Shown piece by piece: positions 48,038 through 58,257 of a stretch of 64,000 bases of DNA (the first letter of the stretch is position 1; the number at the start of each line of letters is the position of its first letter). Source of the stretch: a virus; IMG/VR virus record IMGVR_UViG_3300027608_000014, positions 84,873-148,872 of that record; one strand, written 5' to 3'. A program made the translations under genes and the position numbers. A model generated the notes under the pieces. It did no database searches and was not told the DNA's origin. It saw only the letters and a list, made by a program, of their open reading frames with translations.

Positions 48038-50140
48038 ATGGCTAACCTCGATATTTTCAATCAGAGCGACCTTACGACTCCCCGTGGAAGATTTGCTTCA
48101 CCGTGGAGCGATCTGGCTCAACAGTATGCTCCGAGAACTTGGTTAGACGCCATCAAACTCGCCGAGTTTCTGTATATTAACAACTCAACATGGCGCAAGG
48201 CCAGTGAGCGAATTGTTGCCTATTTCATCACCAAGATAAAGCTCTCAGGTCAATCTGATGGAGAGCTCGAGAAGTTTCGTCCTCTCATAGAGAGAAAGTT
48301 TGGCATCCTAAATCATCTTCGGGAGATGGGAAATGACTATATGGCGACTGGAAACAGTATCGCTCAGATCATCCCCAGCTTCATCCGTGGACTTAAGTGC
48401 ACGAATTGCAAGAGTAACGGACACGACACTTTGGTCAACATACTTAAGTGTGACTTCGAGTTTCGAATTGGCGACCTTAGCTTCTACACTACATGCAATA
48501 AGTGTAAGCGGACTTGTCGCCATATGGTTCATGATTATCCAGATCCGAACCCAGAAAACATTAAGCTGGTTCGTAGAGACGTAAAGTCCATTACGATCGA
48601 GCATAACCCTGAGCGCGGTATGAGCAACTACTGGATGGACATTGATAATCTGATAGCCTCAAGGATCAGAAACAACGACAAGTTTCTTATAGCCACTACG
48701 CCCTGGAGTATCATTCAGGCAATTGCTCGCAATCAGAGATACAAGCTAAATCCAGAATACACCTTTCATCTAAAGGAAAGCTCCATTGCTGGACTTAAGC
48801 TGTATGGCTGGGGAATTCCATCCATTCTCTCTGCCTTCAAGGATTTCTTCCGAGTTCAAATTCTCCGTCGTTATGATGAGACTTTGATGATGGATTATAT
48901 TGTTCCCATTCGAATTATCAGCCCAGCTAGGGGTGGTGGCTCCTCGGATGGTAGCTCCATGATGGAGATGGCCAACATGAATTCGTTTCGTACCTCCATG
49001 GAGGGAGCGATCACAAACCATCGTCGTGATGGAGCTGATTGGAACATCTTTCCTTTCCCAGTAGAATACCAGCCAATCGGCGGTGAGGGTCAGTCGCTGT
49101 CTCCAAGAGAGATGATCGCTGGCGAAGAGGATCGCCTGCTCAATGCTCGTGGTATTCCTCCGCAGCTTTACAGAGGAGATCTTCTACTTCAAACTGCTCC
49201 AACCGCCGTTCGTTTGTTTGAACGTGGATGGCAGCCGCTGGTGGACGGACTGAGTGAAGCCGCTCAGTGGATGGTTACAGTCATCGCCAAGCAAATCAAG
49301 AGTGGTGATATTGAGTGCGAGATGTCTAGCGTCACGCTGGTAGATGACCTACAGAAGGAGAGCCTGCGTATACAGCTCATGCAGGCCCAGATCCTCAGCA
49401 AGGAGACTGGACTTGAGGGGATGAATATTGATCCCAAGAATGAGCGTAGGCGCATCATTGAAGAGCAGAAGTCTGATCAGAGATCACAGCAGAGGGCTCA
49501 GCAGGATCTCGAAATGGAAAACATGAACTTAGATACCCCAGAGGCCGATGCCCAGGGCAGTCCCGGTGGTGGATCTACCCCTATGGATATTCAAGGTCAG
49601 GGCGAATCTATGGCTCAACAGCTTCTAGATCCAAGTGTTCCAGAGACATCTCGTCGTCAGCAGCTTACGGCTCTACGACAGAGCAACTCAACACTGCATG
49701 CCGTAGTCATCAAGGAAATGGATAGACTTCGTAATCAGGCTGGAACGGCCGGTGCTGCAGCGGCCATGCCTCAGGTTATTCAGCTAGCCCAACAGGCTCA
49801 GCAGGAGGCTGGACCGGTTCCAACTCCGGATGCCGCTCAGGGTTCAGGTCAAGATATGTCTAAACAAGCATCACATAACATCATTACGCCAGACCTCAAG
49901 GATGGCGATCAACTAGTTGACAGCGCCGTTACCTTTAGTAAGACGGCCGGATATTTTCCGACAGAAATCCACATCACTCGAGCCGATGAATTCGGACTGA
50001 TCAAATGGGGAGCTCAGAATCTCGGAATCTCTCTCGATCAAATGGGCGATATCCGTCGCACAGGAACTTTGACCAACACAGTAAAAGAGATCCTGGGTAT
50101 GAAGCTAGTCTTCAACGCCAAGGAAACAACCTTCGAGTAA
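48038..50140 (+). CDS. probable portal protein
   Basis: Size, dmatGNs-type strand, WGIPSIL..F motif, ARGIPPQL, ILSKETGL, Q-rich C-terminus; CxxC Zn insert; precedes virion-like genes. Confidence 0.7.
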   Translation: MANLDIFNQSDLTTPRGRFASPWSDLAQQYAPRTWLDAIKLAEFLYINNSTWRKASERIVAYFITKIKLSGQSDGELEKFRPLIERKFGILNHLREMGNDYMATGNSIAQIIPSFIRGLKCTNCKSNGHDTLVNILKCDFEFRIGDLSFYTTCNKCKRTCRHMVHDYPDPNPENIKLVRRDVKSITIEHNPERGMSNYWMDIDNLIASRIRNNDKFLIATTPWSIIQAIARNQRYKLNPEYTFHLKESSIAGLKLYGWGIPSILSAFKDFFRVQILRRYDETLMMDYIVPIRIISPARGGGSSDGSSMMEMANMNSFRTSMEGAITNHRRDGADWNIFPFPVEYQPIGGEGQSLSPREMIAGEEDRLLNARGIPPQLYRGDLLLQTAPTAVRLFERGWQPLVDGLSEAAQWMVTVIAKQIKSGDIECEMSSVTLVDDLQKESLRIQLMQAQILSKETGLEGMNIDPKNERRRIIEEQKSDQRSQQRAQQDLEMENMNLDTPEADAQGSPGGGSTPMDIQGQGESMAQQLLDPSVPETSRRQQLTALRQSNSTLHAVVIKEMDRLRNQAGTAGAAAAMPQVIQLAQQAQQEAGPVPTPDAAQGSGQDMSKQASHNIITPDLKDGDQLVDSAVTFSKTAGYFPTEIHITRADEFGLIKWGAQNLGISLDQMGDIRRTGTLTNTVKEILGMKLVFNAKETTFE

Positions 50141-50153
50141 ACAACCAAATACC

Positions 50154-50678
50154 ATGCAAGCATTCATTAATATCAATACTCAGCGAGACAATGTAACGGG
50201 ATCGCTCATCTTCGAACCAGCCAGAAATACTGACGGGGCCGACCATGAGATTGTCCGAAAGGCCTATGATCGTCTAGTTGAGGATCTTTCTAGTTATTAT
50301 GCCCGCGTTAAGACTGTAACATCAGGCTCAGAAGCGGGCTCAGAAACCTCGACTAAGTCTGCAGATCAAAAGCCTGCTCGAGTTGAACCTCCAGCAGAAC
50401 ATCATGAGCCCACTGAAGTCTTTGCTTCTATCTTTGGCGCTCCAACTTCGAATGTGTCTGACAACCTAGTAGCTCAGGTTCAGATCGCTCCAGTTGTCGC
50501 TGAGGCCGCAGAGGTTCCTAAGCTTCCCATTGGAGGCGGATCATCTGCAGCTAATTCAAGAATTGAGAAGGCTAAGGCGTCAGCCAAGATCCCTACTGCC
50601 CCAGCAATCTCCGTTCAAGGAGCCAAGACCAACACGCCCGATCACCAGGCTATTTCGGTAAATCTTACAGGTCAATAA
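50154..50678 (+). CDS. hypothetical low-complexity protein
   Basis: Ala/Pro/Ser-rich ORF after portal. Confidence 0.55.
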   Translation: MQAFININTQRDNVTGSLIFEPARNTDGADHEIVRKAYDRLVEDLSSYYARVKTVTSGSEAGSETSTKSADQKPARVEPPAEHHEPTEVFASIFGAPTSNVSDNLVAQVQIAPVVAEAAEVPKLPIGGGSSAANSRIEKAKASAKIPTAPAISVQGAKTNTPDHQAISVNLTGQ

Positions 50679-50732
50679 TTCAGCTAAAGTTTAGTCTTTC
50701 GTAGAAGGGTGGGATCAGATATTCTCTTTCAA

Positions 50733-51566
50733 ATGAATACTTCTGATCCCAACTTTTCTTTGGCATTGATATCTAAGGTTGCTAGCGCTAAATCCATCTC
50801 ACTGAGTAAGGATGACGCTCCAGCCATTATCACTGGTTTTATAGAGTACCTCCAGAAAGAGGCTGGCTGCTCTGAAGGAGAAGCCCTCGGAACAATCCTG
50901 TGGTTTGCTGAGCTGGGCGGTATGCCCAAGACCGCCGCACCAGATACTGTGGTGGTAGCTCCAACTCCAGCCCCCGCTTCCGCTCCAGAGTCCGATCCGA
51001 TTGAATTTAAGGATTCACCTTGGGGGAAGAAATTTATTGCGGAAGCTGACAGACGACAGGCTCAGATCAGTGCCGGAATGGAAGGTGCCGTCACTAAGGC
51101 GCTTGATCCAAAGGTTGTAATTAGTAAGTCCCTCGAGGGCTATCCACAGATCCAGGGTGTAGCTAATAAGATCATGGGTGGAGACTTTGGCGGTGGAATG
51201 TCTGATGCCTACAAAGGTCTCGCTAGCAATCCGACCGTCAGATCGTTGGCTCCATACGCACTTGCTGGAATTGGTTCATACCTTGCCAGCAGAGCTATGG
51301 GCGCAGACAAGTCAACAGCCGCCCTTACTGGACTAGCTGGTGGAGCTCTTCTCGGGTACGGCTACAATAACAGGGATCAACTTATACCAGCCGTGCGAGC
51401 TAAGCCGGTCCCTCCTAACGTCGACGACCGTGATGCCGCTGCTGCTGCTGCCGCTGCCGCTGCTACTGAAACCGCCATTGCTGATGCTAAGTCTTCCGCT
51501 AGTGTAGAGGCCGCTCGAGAACAGACTAGGGAAGCCAATCGGGTCGATCCGCCCTCTAGAAAGTAA
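50733..51566 (+). CDS. virion-associated protein (Gly/Ala-rich hydrophobic segments, KxA motifs)
   Basis: KVAS, KEAG, KTAA; glycine-zipper-like helices; poly-Ala. Confidence 0.55.
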   Translation: MNTSDPNFSLALISKVASAKSISLSKDDAPAIITGFIEYLQKEAGCSEGEALGTILWFAELGGMPKTAAPDTVVVAPTPAPASAPESDPIEFKDSPWGKKFIAEADRRQAQISAGMEGAVTKALDPKVVISKSLEGYPQIQGVANKIMGGDFGGGMSDAYKGLASNPTVRSLAPYALAGIGSYLASRAMGADKSTAALTGLAGGALLGYGYNNRDQLIPAVRAKPVPPNVDDRDAAAAAAAAAATETAIADAKSSASVEAAREQTREANRVDPPSRK

Positions 51567-51575
51567 ATCGTCCAT

Positions 51576-51812
51576 ATGACCGGTGGCAGCGTCGTCAGCA
51601 TTACGCCAGGTGACGGGTTCATTGCCCTCGATGTCGCTGACGAAAACGCCACCCAGACGACATTAAAGATTGCTCGTACAAACTACGTAACAAGAATTGG
51701 GGACTACATCTCCTGGAATGATAAGACTGCCTTTTGGCACTCACAGCAACTGCCTGAGAAAGAGGTCATGCTGCCGATCTTCATTCCAGAACTAATCCTT
51801 GAAATCAAATGA
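51576..51812 (+). CDS. hypothetical protein
   Basis: Coupled ORF. Confidence 0.5.
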   Translation: MTGGSVVSITPGDGFIALDVADENATQTTLKIARTNYVTRIGDYISWNDKTAFWHSQQLPEKEVMLPIFIPELILEIK

Positions 51813-54427
51813 GTTTAGCCTTACTCAAGACAGCTATTGTGGAACAAGGAGTCCAGAGGCTTTCGCATTCCGGTATCCCTACGTATGGAGCCCAGAAAGG
51901 GCAGCCGCGCTGGAGGTATGCTGTGGTCGGAGAGGAGGAAGGAGACAAAATTCTAAGATTGTCCACTGGTGACAAGATCATGCAGTGGAAACTCAACAGC
52001 GCAGAGGATGCAACTCGCATCGAAGATCTCGCTGATAAGAAGCTAGAGGACGGACCAGTCCACGCCTCAGGTGCTGCTCAGGTTCACAAGAGCAGCCCAT
52101 CGCTAATCCATGCCACCATGCAGGATGGCAGAGTGGGTTCCACCTTCAGTCTAACTAAGCAGCAGGGAGACAACTGGAAGATTCAGCACAAGCCAGGCAA
52201 AGAGCCACTTCAGAACACAGCGCTTCAGTTTGTACGGGCGTTCAAGGAGAAGACTGCAGCCCTTCAAGGTAGCAGTCAGCGTGCATATTCAGGTGTCCTG
52301 AGTAAGGTTGCCGAACTCAGTAAGGTGATGTCTGAGTGCCCAGTGTGCGGCAAGATCTTTGACACTGGAATGCTCAGCGACAACCCTGAGAAGGTCAGGG
52401 ATAAGAAGTGCCCCAAGTGCAAGGGTGAATCCAAACTCGAGCGTACCCTTGACGAGAAGACAAAAGACATGGGTAAGGTCGCCATCATTGAAAAAATAGA
52501 TGGGGAGTACGTACTCTGGACCAAAGACAGATCCAAGCGACTGGGGACACACAAGACTCGCCTCGGTGCGATCAAGCAGGAGTATGCGATTCAGAAATCT
52601 CAAGAGTCGGAGAGTAAGCTTGCCCACCTACTGGCTCACTACTCTCGAGCCGAGCATAAAGAATTGCGCCCACTGAGTTACGACGAACTGGTAACAGATC
52701 GCACGAGCGGTAGATGGAAAGACAAGCCAGAGATGGCCCAGCAGTATGTGGCAGACAGAAGGCGCTTCGAGAGTGCACTGCACAAGCGACTTGCTGCTAA
52801 GAACATGCCCATCGACAGAGGGCAATCCTTTCTGTATTCGACCATTGATGGCAAAGAAGGCTTTGGACAATCAGGTCAGTACAAACATGTAACTCCTCTA
52901 GATGAGGACACAATCAATCGGTCATTCTTTGACGTTGTCGGTGCCGGTAAGGGAAGAACCACCCTAGGACTAAAGGGACTTCAGCTTGCCCTAAAGAGGT
53001 GGGATGCAGCCAAAGCCTCAAATAGCCTTACAGAATCTGAGTATATGGGTATGAAGATTAAACCACGCATCGAAGTGATCACGCCAAAAACAATCATTCC
53101 AGAGAAGATCGAAAAGTTCATGACCAACAAACCAGCTCAGAAAACTGGCAGCCTTAATTCTTTTATATCCAAGCTGGCGAATGACTCGGAAAAGCGATTC
53201 AAAAAGGTCATCACTAATCCGGATACAGGAAGAAAAAAAACTGTTGAGTATGGTCAGGCAGGGAAAGCTTCGGACGGAGGCGACCGCATTCGTCCAGGCA
53301 CATCTAAGGGGGACGCCTACTGCGCTCGCAGCGCAAAGATCAAAGGGGATTGGGCGTCTGACCCCAATAGCCCAAACAGACTGTCCCGACGTAAATGGAA
53401 GTGCCGTGGATCAAAATCAGTTGTCAAATCTGCAAACGCAGATGCAGCAATTCCGGAGACGACGGAGCGACTAGAGACGGCTGGCGGCAAGGCCTCTGTT
53501 AAGGTGCGCAACTGGCTTAATACACAGCTCAAGGCGGGAAACAAAATTGAACGTTACACCGCCGCCCTTAAAAATATGGGCAAGAAAAATCTTGATCCAG
53601 AGATCGACAATGACCTAACGCAACTGCTGTTTGAGTCTGGCGTAGAAGATGCGCCGCTATCCTTTGAGGGCCAGGCTTACGACGATTTCTGGCAAGATTT
53701 TAATGAAGCCTATACCGCCCCTTTAGACGTTGCATCTTCCAGAGTAAAGGCATCACCATCAGGGGCGCAGAAGTTAAGCATATTCCACAAGAAAGCTAAA
53801 CTCGACTCACCAAGGTGTAAGACTCCCAATCTCAACAAGTTAGCTGACTTTACCTTCGATGACTTTACTAGCCCACTTACTGACCCAAATCCAATCAAAG
53901 CCACAGCTACTGCTGCAGTGGTCGGAGCGGGTTTAGGAGCTGGAATGCATTACTTTCAAAAACTGAAGCGCATCCTGGCAGGAGAAGAGGAGCCAGATAA
54001 CGAGCCAAGCCTCCTAAGTCACATTGGACGAGGAGCTGCCGCTGGCGCTGGAACCTCACTAGCGTGGAGAGGCGTTAATGAACTCCTTGGTGGACAGCGG
54101 CAGCGTTATTATGATCAGCCGGTAAAGAGAGCGTCTCTAAATCGATCGGAAATCATTGCCAGGATCATGAGTGATTATTCCCTTTCCGACCGCGAGCGGT
54201 CACTCCTGATTGCTATGGTTGAAGAGGCGTCCCAGAGTGGTCTCAGCCTGTCTCCTGCTACCCTCAGTAATGCTGGGCTCGGAGCCCTAGCTGGATGGAT
54301 TGCGTCTAAGATGGGAGGCTTTGGAGGTACGGGTCAATTAGTTGGTGCTGGACTAGGAGCCGGTATTGGAGCAATGTTTACTAATCCCAGTTCCGCAGAA
54401 TATTACAGAGGATACACCACCTACTAA
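51809..54427 (+). CDS. multi-domain virion-associated protein, possible polyprotein
   Basis: About ten KxA motifs separating modules (Zn ribbon, YCARS..RRKWKC module, glycine zippers). Confidence 0.65.
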   Translation: MSLALLKTAIVEQGVQRLSHSGIPTYGAQKGQPRWRYAVVGEEEGDKILRLSTGDKIMQWKLNSAEDATRIEDLADKKLEDGPVHASGAAQVHKSSPSLIHATMQDGRVGSTFSLTKQQGDNWKIQHKPGKEPLQNTALQFVRAFKEKTAALQGSSQRAYSGVLSKVAELSKVMSECPVCGKIFDTGMLSDNPEKVRDKKCPKCKGESKLERTLDEKTKDMGKVAIIEKIDGEYVLWTKDRSKRLGTHKTRLGAIKQEYAIQKSQESESKLAHLLAHYSRAEHKELRPLSYDELVTDRTSGRWKDKPEMAQQYVADRRRFESALHKRLAAKNMPIDRGQSFLYSTIDGKEGFGQSGQYKHVTPLDEDTINRSFFDVVGAGKGRTTLGLKGLQLALKRWDAAKASNSLTESEYMGMKIKPRIEVITPKTIIPEKIEKFMTNKPAQKTGSLNSFISKLANDSEKRFKKVITNPDTGRKKTVEYGQAGKASDGGDRIRPGTSKGDAYCARSAKIKGDWASDPNSPNRLSRRKWKCRGSKSVVKSANADAAIPETTERLETAGGKASVKVRNWLNTQLKAGNKIERYTAALKNMGKKNLDPEIDNDLTQLLFESGVEDAPLSFEGQAYDDFWQDFNEAYTAPLDVASSRVKASPSGAQKLSIFHKKAKLDSPRCKTPNLNKLADFTFDDFTSPLTDPNPIKATATAAVVGAGLGAGMHYFQKLKRILAGEEEPDNEPSLLSHIGRGAAAGAGTSLAWRGVNELLGGQRQRYYDQPVKRASLNRSEIIARIMSDYSLSDRERSLLIAMVEEASQSGLSLSPATLSNAGLGALAGWIASKMGGFGGTGQLVGAGLGAGIGAMFTNPSSAEYYRGYTTY

Positions 54428-54608
54428 TGAACCCAAATAGATTTGATCGCGACCACGGAGACGAGGTTCCTGATTCCACTCCCCGAACCGACACTGCTAA
54501 TAAAAAAGCAAAAATCCTTGAAACTGAGTCTGAAGCCATCTGGCACGATCTGAGTCATCGTCCGTCTTTTATCTGTTCCCCTCCTCTTGATTTCTTTATT
54601 ATGCCACT

Positions 54609-54971
54609 ATGAGTACTCTTTCCCTTTCCGAATCCCGTCAAGCAGTCCGCATTGGAGTAGCCCGCGCTATGAGTGAAGCCGGTTTTATTCCATCTGAGGC
54701 TGAAGTCAAACTGGCATCTTCCATCCTTAACAAGACGGCTGGTGTACTCGAATTCCTGGAGAAGGTCGTTACCACCGTTCCACCCTATGCTGTCCTGGCT
54801 AGTGCGGGTATTGGCGCCTATGCTGGGCATCTTCATCACGCCGCTGATAAAGCGTTCTCTGGAGAGGACGATCCTGAGATCAACACTATCAAGAAAAAGA
54901 CTGACGCTTATCGCAAGATGACAGCTGATCTGGCTCAGACAGAAGCTGCTACGCAACCGATCGTCACATAA
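54609..54971 (+). CDS. virion-associated protein
   Basis: KLAS, KTAG; Gly/Ala hydrophobic helix. Confidence 0.55.
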   Translation: MSTLSLSESRQAVRIGVARAMSEAGFIPSEAEVKLASSILNKTAGVLEFLEKVVTTVPPYAVLASAGIGAYAGHLHHAADKAFSGEDDPEINTIKKKTDAYRKMTADLAQTEAATQPIVT

Positions 54972-54973
54972 TT

Positions 54974-55432
54974 ATGTCAGAACCATATCAAGCAGAGATG
55001 TTTGAGGATTCAGCAGTTCTTTCACCAGAACTGATTAACGACCTCGCAGTCTTGACGGGAGGATCAGGGAATTTTGGGGCCGCACTGCCTAGCGCCGCTA
55101 AGACCGGGCAAGAACGATTCCTGGAGGAAAGATCCAGGTCTACAGAGAAGACTGGCTTTAAAATCATCAAGCCAACCATCCTGGTCATGGACCTTGCTAC
55201 TGAAGCTGGAAGGCAACAGTACGAAAGTATCATTCAGGACGTGATGCCTCTGGCAATGGCCGATCCAAAAAGTTGGAGATTCAGTGAAGCCTCAAGTCCG
55301 GTAATCGCTGATCCATCCTCAGATGCAGGGTACAGGATTATCGTTACTATTCGATACTGGCAACAAGAAGAGTATAAAATTCCTGGAAATCACGGATTCA
55401 CAGTGATTGACGCTGGTGCAAAGTCCACATAG
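54974..55432 (+). CDS. hypothetical protein
   Basis: ORF in structural operon. Confidence 0.55.
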   Translation: MSEPYQAEMFEDSAVLSPELINDLAVLTGGSGNFGAALPSAAKTGQERFLEERSRSTEKTGFKIIKPTILVMDLATEAGRQQYESIIQDVMPLAMADPKSWRFSEASSPVIADPSSDAGYRIIVTIRYWQQEEYKIPGNHGFTVIDAGAKST

Positions 55433-55441
55433 AATAGAATA

Positions 55442-56854
55442 ATGATCGAGAAACAAGCCGGTGGTATCTATGATAGTGTCGCTGATCCCGTAGTTAAGGC
55501 ATTGAAACAGTACGGACCTGAAGCTCTGGCCATGGGCGGAGCTGGAGCTGGTCTGGCTTATCTTGCGTCAAGAGTTGCCCAACACAGGGCTGACGTTCGT
55601 AAGCGTGAGAGGGCAGAAGCTGGTAGTAGTGATATTTTAATTGTTAATATTCCTCAGGCGCAAAAAACAGCGGCGTTTAGCATGAATGCGCTTCGTGCTT
55701 TGGTCAATAATTACGGAAGACAAGCTCGTGCGGCGGTAACTCAAGCCGCCCGCCAGACAGGAATGGGAGTTCAGAGTGCCATTACCTCCGCCGGGCAGAA
55801 TATCTATGGGGCTGGGCTTGCAACGGCAGGTGCAACGGCAAGGCATATGCAAAGAAATCCATACAAGTACTCACTCGGTGTAACCGCCGTGGCGGGCAAT
55901 GAGATCGGTAATAAATACTTTGGAACTCCTGATTATATCGCTCAAGCGAATGATGCCGCCAAGGAGTACGAACGTAAGGCTTTAGATGCCGCCACGCATG
56001 TCGTGCAGAGTGCCCCTGAGACTTATAAGAACGTCAAGGAGTCCGTTGCTAAGGCTTTTGCACAACCTTCGAATCCGAAACCCGAGGGCAATCCGGGAGG
56101 AGTACTAATGGCACCAGCCCTGTGGCTCGGATCTTCCATCATAGGTTCTACGCTGGGATTCGGAGCGGTCAATGACTACCTCCGTAGCAAACAAAAGGTG
56201 GAAGAGGGCGCTAAGCTGGAAAGGGCAAAGGCTGAGTACTCACGCCTGCTAGGGCGATCACTAGTTGGACCAAAGACGGCTGCGATGGCTGAATGGCCGA
56301 CAGTTGAGGGCTACGTCACTGGAGTAGCAGAACAATTTTGTGCAATGGACAAATCGGCTGTGCCGGACAACATCAGTCCAGCTGGATGGGTAATTGGAGG
56401 AACGGGAATGCTTGCCATGATTGCTGGCATCATAGGTCACAACTATGTTTACAATCGTGAGACCGCAGCGGACGAGGCGCTCAAAGATAGTCGCATCAAG
56501 CCGCCAAGATCTATCAGACTAGTTTCAACTCCAGTGCCAAACGAGGAGCCCCAGAAGCTGGCTAATGTCCAAGCTGAAGTTTTAGATTTCATCATCAAGG
56601 GCGCTGGTATCGTCGAGATAATTGAACAGGGCATAATTGGTCTAAAGGAGGACGATGACAAAGACCGAGATACCAAAAAGAACGAGTCAGCCAAAGCCCA
56701 CTCTGAGCAGATCGATAGTAATACTATTATTATTCATACACCAAATGGAGATATTGAGGTGAATGCCAACGATCCCAGAGCTAGAGAGATTATGCTCAAG
56801 AAAAAGAAACAACTAACCAATGCCATGGCTGGAGCAGTAGCAATTTCGGAATAG
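55442..56854 (+). CDS. virion-associated protein with glycine-zipper helices
   Basis: KQAG, KTAA x2, KSAV, KLAN, KGAG; several hydrophobic Gly-rich segments. Confidence 0.6.
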   Translation: MIEKQAGGIYDSVADPVVKALKQYGPEALAMGGAGAGLAYLASRVAQHRADVRKRERAEAGSSDILIVNIPQAQKTAAFSMNALRALVNNYGRQARAAVTQAARQTGMGVQSAITSAGQNIYGAGLATAGATARHMQRNPYKYSLGVTAVAGNEIGNKYFGTPDYIAQANDAAKEYERKALDAATHVVQSAPETYKNVKESVAKAFAQPSNPKPEGNPGGVLMAPALWLGSSIIGSTLGFGAVNDYLRSKQKVEEGAKLERAKAEYSRLLGRSLVGPKTAAMAEWPTVEGYVTGVAEQFCAMDKSAVPDNISPAGWVIGGTGMLAMIAGIIGHNYVYNRETAADEALKDSRIKPPRSIRLVSTPVPNEEPQKLANVQAEVLDFIIKGAGIVEIIEQGIIGLKEDDDKDRDTKKNESAKAHSEQIDSNTIIIHTPNGDIEVNANDPRAREIMLKKKKQLTNAMAGAVAISE

Positions 56855-57020
56855 TTTCTGTTGATGTAAGTAACTAACGCCGTTTTAATTCCCTCCCAAA
56901 TGAGCTGCTATCACCCATCAAGTCAGCAGCCCACGGCCATCGTGGGATCGCTACCTGGTGCTTGGAATCGTAAAGTCGAATCCATTATGTAGTAGGTTAA
57001 GAAAAGCAGTTTGCTTCTTG

Positions 57021-57059
57021 ACCCAATCAGCCCACCAGCTAGATTGGGTTTTTCTTTTT
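57021..57059 (+). terminator. rho-independent terminator
   Basis: ACCCAATC-AGC...GCT-A-GATTGGGT then TTTTCTTTTT. Confidence 0.6.
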
Positions 57060-57177
57060 GGAGGAGCAAGTACTCCGTGTAATCTTTGAAATTTCAGCGG
57101 TCCAGCTATAATTAGTCCGACCGACGCCAATTAAATAACGTGCTGCTACAGCAAATTGACTGTAGCAGCTATTCATA

Positions 57178-57253
57178 CGTGTACGAGCCAGCTAGCGACG
57201 GCACCTGATTTGGGGTCAGGAATAGCAGAGTGCAATCCTCTGGTACACGACCA
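57178..57253 (+). tRNA. tRNA-Pro(UGG), atypical
   Basis: CGTGTAC/GTACACG acceptor + ACCA; CCTGA-TTTGGGG-TCAGG; T arm CAGAG-TGCAATC-CTCTG; non-canonical G8 and D loop. Confidence 0.75.
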
Positions 57254-57260
57254 TTTTAAT

Positions 57261-57334
57261 CGGAGTGTAGCTTAGCTTGGTAGAGCGCCTGGTTTGGGAC
57301 CAGGAGGTCGCAGGTTCGAATCCTGTCACTCCGA
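57261..57334 (+). tRNA. tRNA-Pro(UGG)
   Basis: Canonical cloverleaf, CCTGG-TTTGGGA-CCAGG, GGTTCGAATCC; CCA not encoded. Confidence 0.95.
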
Positions 57335-57400
57335 TCTTTTATTAGGTACTTACTTTCAAAGGGGGAGTCCTAGTTCAAGATCATCAATCCCTAATTTCAT

Positions 57401-57486
57401 GCCGGAGTACCCAAGTAGTCAACGGGACCAGTTTTGTAAACTGACGACGAAAGTCTCCGCAGGTGCAAATCCTGTCTCCGGCTCCA
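57401..57486 (+). tRNA. tRNA-Thr(UGU) with long variable arm
   Basis: GCCGGAG/CTCCGGC + TCCA; anticodon loop TTTGTAA; V arm GAC-GAAA-GTC; T arm GCAGG-TGCAAAT-CCTGT. Confidence 0.8.
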
Positions 57487-57505
57487 CTCAATAACCAATT
57501 CAAAC

Positions 57506-57784
57506 ATGAATCAAGAAAACGACCCCTCAATAGCATGGCAGCCACACGGGTCATTGAGAAGACTTAGAACTCACAGCATCAAGGTCTGTCAGCCAGGACC
57601 ATGCTGTGTGCACAGCCCCAGCGACCATCACATGAAGGACTGGCCACAGAACTACCGAGATGACACTGGAGTAACAGAGAGAATTTGTGAGCACGGAGTG
57701 GGACATCCCGATCCAGATCAGCCCTGGCCTGATAATGACCACAGATGGGTTCACGGATGTGATCTCTGTTGCATACCTGGATGA
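57506..57784 (+). CDS. Cys/His-rich hypothetical phage protein
   Basis: CCVHSPSDHHM...ERICEHGVGHPDPD...HGCDLCC. Confidence 0.7.
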   Translation: MNQENDPSIAWQPHGSLRRLRTHSIKVCQPGPCCVHSPSDHHMKDWPQNYRDDTGVTERICEHGVGHPDPDQPWPDNDHRWVHGCDLCCIPG

Positions 57785-57865
57785 ATGCTTGTTAAAATAT
57801 TCTTGCGCATATCTAGAGTGGCTAGAGCTAGGACGTCACAGCCTATTTATGCCAAAACAAACAAA

Positions 57866-58072
57866 ATGAACCTCAAATACATAGCTATCGCAGCAGTAAA
57901 TAGATTCCTCTCCGACAATAGAGGAATCAAAAACGAACTGCTTAAGCCTGCGGTCCTACGATCGATGGAGGCAATCATTGAAGATGCCTGCATGAAAACC
58001 ATCAAGCTCAAGGATCTAGAGGCAGCAAGATCGGATCCAAATCAAACTGAGGCTATTGGAGCAGAGATATAA
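57866..58072 (+). CDS. hypothetical protein
   Basis: A-rich leader then ATG. Confidence 0.5.
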   Translation: MNLKYIAIAAVNRFLSDNRGIKNELLKPAVLRSMEAIIEDACMKTIKLKDLEAARSDPNQTEAIGAEI

Positions 58073-58257
58073 ACAGTATGAGCCAATCGCTAGGCATTGG
58101 TAAGCCCATTACTGTCCCACAAGTAAGGGATGCAATTCATGTATCAATTGCTCCGATTGTCACTCTGGCCTGCCACCACTGAAAGTCGTCTCCATGGCGT
58201 CGCGGGGCATCCCGCTTAGGTGAATGGCGGGCCTAATTACCACTCCAAGTAATCATT

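Noticed and set aside
51434-51464. GCT/GCC microsatellite
   Set aside because: Simply encodes an in-frame poly-Ala linker; imperfect and not a frameshifting tract
58078-58233. Short ORF (RDAIHVSIAP) running into a GC-rich stem 58167-58233
   Set aside because: Possibly a truncated gene plus hairpin, but too little evidence to call a pseudogene or ribozyme
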